Below, piece after piece: positions 59,636 through 64,000 of a stretch of 64,000 nt of DNA. Made by a program: the position numbers and the translations under genes. How positions within the stretch are numbered: the first letter of the stretch is position 1; each line of letters begins with the position of its first letter. The notes below the pieces were generated by a model. The model was not told the DNA's origin. It made no database searches and was given only the letters and a program-made list of their open reading frames with translations. The stretch lies in the NCBI GenBank assembly GCA_001179505.1, contig CDMY01000243.1, forward strand, positions 186,001 through 250,000, read 5' to 3'. This DNA comes from Vitrella brassicaformis CCMP3155. Taxonomy: Eukaryota > Protista > Chromerida.

Positions 59636-62600
59636 TCAACGGCCGGTCGCAACACGCTCCAGGAAGACGAAGAGCTTTCGAGAATCAAAGGTACACAGCC
59701 TGTCCGTGTGGGTGGCATGGGAAAGGGACACAGACAATAAACAGCATAGTGAGACGCTGACATGCACACACGGCTGCGTACCCGTCCAGGAAGACCTCCG
59801 TTCCCCCCACAGCAGCGTTTTTCATCTCATCAATCCGGCCCTCGGTGATTTGGAAGTCCATGATGGTGCACCGTTTGCTCGCCCCCGGCTCAGCGTGGCA
59901 TATCTGAATGGACGCACACACATCACATCAACGGACACCGGAGCTGGCCGAGATCCATTCACGCCACCCCTCTTGTGACCGACTGACTGACATTGACATG
60001 CCAGTCCCCATTTGGCTCGGCCGAGAAGGTGAAGCGAAGCTGCCGGTACAGGGACTTATCGATGGCTGACGACACATTCAGCAACACCTGAGTGGACAAG
60101 AGGAGACGTGACCTTTCTGGGTCAGCGAGTCATTGTGTCTCGCCCGTCACCTTTTTGTTCCTGAGGGCGACATAGCTGTACGTGGCGACCGGTGATAGCA
60201 TCGCTCCTCTGGGCAGCAGGGAAGGGTCGAGGAGTTTTCTTTTCTGATTCAGAACCGCTAAGCTCTCAAAGCGCAGTGTCGTGTTGTAATTCTGCAATGA
60301 GGGGATAGAGACCATGTGCGCCTGTGCGGTCTTGTGCTGTCTTCAGGCTCACTGTTGCTGCCTGCTGGATCTTGCTTTCCACGCCGAGGGCAATGGAGAA
60401 GCGGAGTGTCTCCCGCAGATGCTCGAGGGCTTCGTGCAGCCTTTCTTGGTGGAGCGCCCGCTTCTGAGCGATGATGTCCTTGCCACGCTGAGCAAACAAC
60501 ACATGGAAAATTTCTGTGTGTCCGGGCGCCTGCCGTGGACGTTGCCCACTCTGATCCGCTCCAGGTACTGCCAGGCATCAGATTTTGTAGAATCATTTTT
60601 CTCATCAATTAAATTAATGATTCACATGTTGTCACAATCTTTACCTGCCAGTGCTGCCTCCTCTGCCTGATATTGTCGGCTATCCAGGACATCACCTCCT
60701 CACTCGGAATCTCAGCCTGCATGAATTCCTCCCATGCACACAGCCGTCGGCCAAAGCACCCTTCACCTGTTTCATTTCGTCAATCTTTCGAATGGCATTC
60801 TGCAGGAAGTTTGCCGTCTTGTAGTCGGGCGGCGTCTTGGCGATGAGAGCCATCTGTGTTTGGTTGAGGTGCTCCCTCAAGCTGTCCAGCTCGTCTCTGT
60901 CCTTGTCGTCAGCGCTATTGCCCACCGGCTTGAGTGGCGGCACTGCGAGTAGGCTCTGCTCGACGATGCGGCGGGGGTCCTCTGAATCGGGGGGGATGTA
61001 GCGCCGGATCGCAGACGCACCGTCCTGCATGCAGGATGACCTGTACGTTATGCGACCAAGCCGACTCACTGCTCACTGCTTTCCCTGACGATGTCTGCGC
61101 AGAGAGGTAGGCGGGCACCGGGGCACGTGATAGGGGACAGTAGGCCAAGTTCGGCTCCCTGCGAGACATAAACACCTTTGTCAGAGACACACAGACTCTT
61201 TCCCCTTTACTTGAGCAGGAATCGGTGATCGACTTTGAAGTTGTGTTCCGTCGGCTGCTGCCGGCACCGTCTGACGACGCTCTCAGCGAATGGAGGGTTG
61301 CGGCCCTCCGAGATCTCGTCAAGCAGGCTCGCCAGGCGGTCCTTCTTTGCTGACCCCAGAATGATCTGCGATCGATATGCGCGCAGCATGTTGACTAGCT
61401 CCGTGACAATGTCGCTGCGGAGCGTGACGTAGCAGGGGTCGAGCTCGAAGTGAGAAGCGTACACGTCAATGGTCATCTGAACATGGATGTGAGAGCGAGA
61501 CATGGATGTCGCCTCTCCTTTGTGTGTCTTACGTCGACGTCAGTGGTGTCTTCTCGGCCGGCCAGGTCGCCGAGTATCTTCACCATGGGACTCTTGAGCT
61601 CCTGTCGCACACACACGACAGATGGATGAGCAGTCGCCCTACGCCACACCCCTGTCTGCCCGAGATCTCACCGTCCCCACACCACTGAGGAGGTTTCTGC
61701 TCTGCACCGACTCGTAGTCATCGGCGCAAAACATGTCCAGAAAGACAGCGACCTGTTCGTCCAGGAGACAGTGGAGAGAGGGATGGACAAATAATGACAA
61801 TGAAGCATGGGGCGAGTGGATGGATGGAGACCTGCTTGAGGTTTTGCTTGACTTGGTCATCAAGAGGAGCGTAGTTCAGTCGACCTGACGACGACGCACA
61901 CAAGTAGAGAGAGTACGGGTACTGTTGGAAAGCTCCCCTGCCATTTTCTCACGCGTGAATGAGTCCGGCTTCTCCAGCAGTGGCTTCACGACACCCTGGA
62001 CAAGGAAGGAACGCAGCGAGGTTGACGACAGCCACCCAGCCAAAGACACTTTCTTCGTGCGTACCAGTATGACAAGTCTGATAAGTGGCCACCGCAGCAG
62101 CTGGTCCTTGGTCAGTGAGGTCGTCTCAACCACAGGAAAGTGACGCTCGCGGATGAGGCCCGCCGAGTAGTTGAGCAGCATTCGCAGCGCCACGGGAATC
62201 TTGGCGGCCAGTGCTGAGAGGCACTGGATGATGTTGGTGAGCATCACCGTCTTGAAGGCGTCCAGCTGCGTGGTGAGGTAATTGCGCACTCTCTGGTCCT
62301 TGGCGTCCTTGATGTCTGCACACATCCACACATCCACGGGCAGCAGGCCGGCCAGCCATGAGCGTGGACGCATTGTGTGTGTGTGTGTGTGTGTAAAGGC
62401 TGACTGACTGACTCAAGATCCTCAGCGCGCTGTCGATGTCAAAGACAAAGTACACGCTGCGCATCGTCTCCAGCACGCCAGCAAGGGACCTGGACAGACA
62501 AGGAGTGACATTAAAGGAAAAGAGCAGTGGCTGCACCGTGTGTGTCTCACACACGTCTCTGTTTCATTCTTGTGTGTGGCGAAGCCATTCAGGCTCAGCA

Positions 62601-64000
62601 GCGGGGCAGCCAGGTCGCCCGAGTGGGGCTCATTCAGCGCCAAATTGGAAAACAGACGAAAGAATATCGACGCGCCTGGCTGGAAGGGCATTTCTGAGAC
62701 CCGATGGCCCGACAGTTCAGTGCATTTCTGCACCTCCCGCCCAGCCACATAGCAGCAGAGCGCCATGAACAAGTGCTCAACCCTCGGCACATGCAGAGAG
62801 GCATATAGCTGTGTGAACCACACACACACACACACACGCATAACACCAACGACATTCGCCGTCATCGGCTCGGCGTCTCACTTGGGTGGTGGCCGTGAGA
62901 AACACTTCCCTCTCCCTCTTGACGCGAGGAGACGCCGACACGCTGCCGTCTGCAGTCACTGAGGGGCAGGGCAGGCTCAAAGCCAGGTTGCCCAGATACG
63001 CTGGCTGCTGCTGCAAGACAAACATCAGCTCCCGAAGAGCATGCAGCTTGCGCAGAAGCTCGCTTGGGGCACACTGACGCAATCTGGACACAGACACACA
63101 CAGAATGGCTTGCTTGTCAGACAGATCATGGTTGTAGCAGCATGCCTGCCTGTCTAGGTCTGGCGCCGGGCACCGCAGCCGCCTCATGTTGGCCATGCAT
63201 TGCATCTCAACGTCGCTCTGCAGCCTTGCCAGCTGCGTCTCGGGGGACGACAGCGCGGCTATGTCGGCGAGGAAGCCGTTGTAGGTCGACGTCAGCTCGC
63301 CCTGTCACATCCACACGCGCTAAAAAGTGTCTCTGACCTCTGTCTCTGTCTGATGTACCTCAACTTCTGCTAGTGTTGCGTCATCGTACTCCTCAGCCTC
63401 GGCCTGATACGTCCAAAACGATTGAAAGCCTGCTCAAATTCTCCACGACACTGACTCACCCGCCGCACCTACCTGTAACATGCTCTGCAGGGCGGCGAAT
63501 GACTTGATCGACGTGCCCTTCTTGAGAGATTCAATCATCTTGGCTGTCTGCCGAGCCTCCGCCTCCTATACGGACCAAGGCAGGAGCTCACAATAACCAG
63601 CGTGCGTGCCAGCTCGTGTTATCTCACCTTGTGTTTCTCAGCCTCTTCCTCTGTCTCCTCACCCTCCTCACCGCCCTCCTGCCTCTCCTCGGCGCCGGCG
63701 ACGAGTGCCATGGCCTCCAACGACACCCAATTGGCTAACACCTATCATATGAGCACGCACCCATATGTCGATGTCTCGGACACACAGGGAAGATAGGCAC
63801 GTGCCTTAGTTGGGCTGTGAATGATGTTGCTGGAGGTTTTGCGGATGCCAAGACGGCCAGACGTCGAGGCGCCCCAGGCCAGCATGTCGCCAGACGATAG
63901 AACAGCTACAGAGTGGTGCGGGCCCGTCGCTACAAGCTCTACCGATGACTCGATCAGCTCAAGCGGCTCTGGGTGGTCTACTGTCCCAAACTCTCCACCA
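59636..64000 (-). CDS. 3' part of a large gene: RCC1 repeat + helical region + IQGAP-type RasGAP-related domain + RasGAP_C/RGCT-like C-terminus
   Basis: 63800-64000 reads VELVATGPHHSVAVLSSGDMLAWGASTSGRLG (RCC1). Then QQQPAYLGNL, KIPVALRMLL, VKPLLEKPDSF and VKQNLKQV. The C-terminus YSYVALRNKKVLLNV...FTFSAEPNG...KLFVFLERVATGR* resembles the IQGAP end. Confidence 0.65.

Noticed and set aside
1-64000. rRNA, tRNA, spliced-leader or other structured RNA genes
   Set aside because: No recognisable conserved motifs by eye. tRNAscan-SE or Infernal would be needed to exclude small RNAs.

Overview
Intron-dense, GC-rich eukaryotic nuclear DNA with microsatellite-filled introns and five 300-N placeholder gaps. 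A nuclear, intron-containing Form II RuBisCO with a bipartite plastid leader points to a photosynthetic myzozoan alveolate, most likely a chromerid such as Vitrella (inference). I reconstructed about 19 spliced genes by hand. The housekeeping set is V-ATPase B, MPC2, PI-PLC, a GST, a cold-shock protein, isochorismatase and UBL3/MUB. The standout is a 7-exon, frame-consistent fusion of a TPT/PPT-family (PEP-type) transporter to a membrane-anchored Pvg1/EpsI-type pyruvyltransferase at 47257-50849 (-), apparently an enzyme that carries its own donor-substrate importer. Also notable: an Asp-box propeller + TSP1 + clostripain (C11) protease with a partial tandem paralog; a non-autonomous Tc1/mariner-type element (25-bp TIRs, TA duplication) inside a coding exon; a divergent single-unit Form II RuBisCO; and an RCC1 + IQGAP-like gene. 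No rRNA, tRNA or CRISPR was seen. All family assignments come from motif recognition by eye, without database searches, and exon structures are unconfirmed by RNA data.
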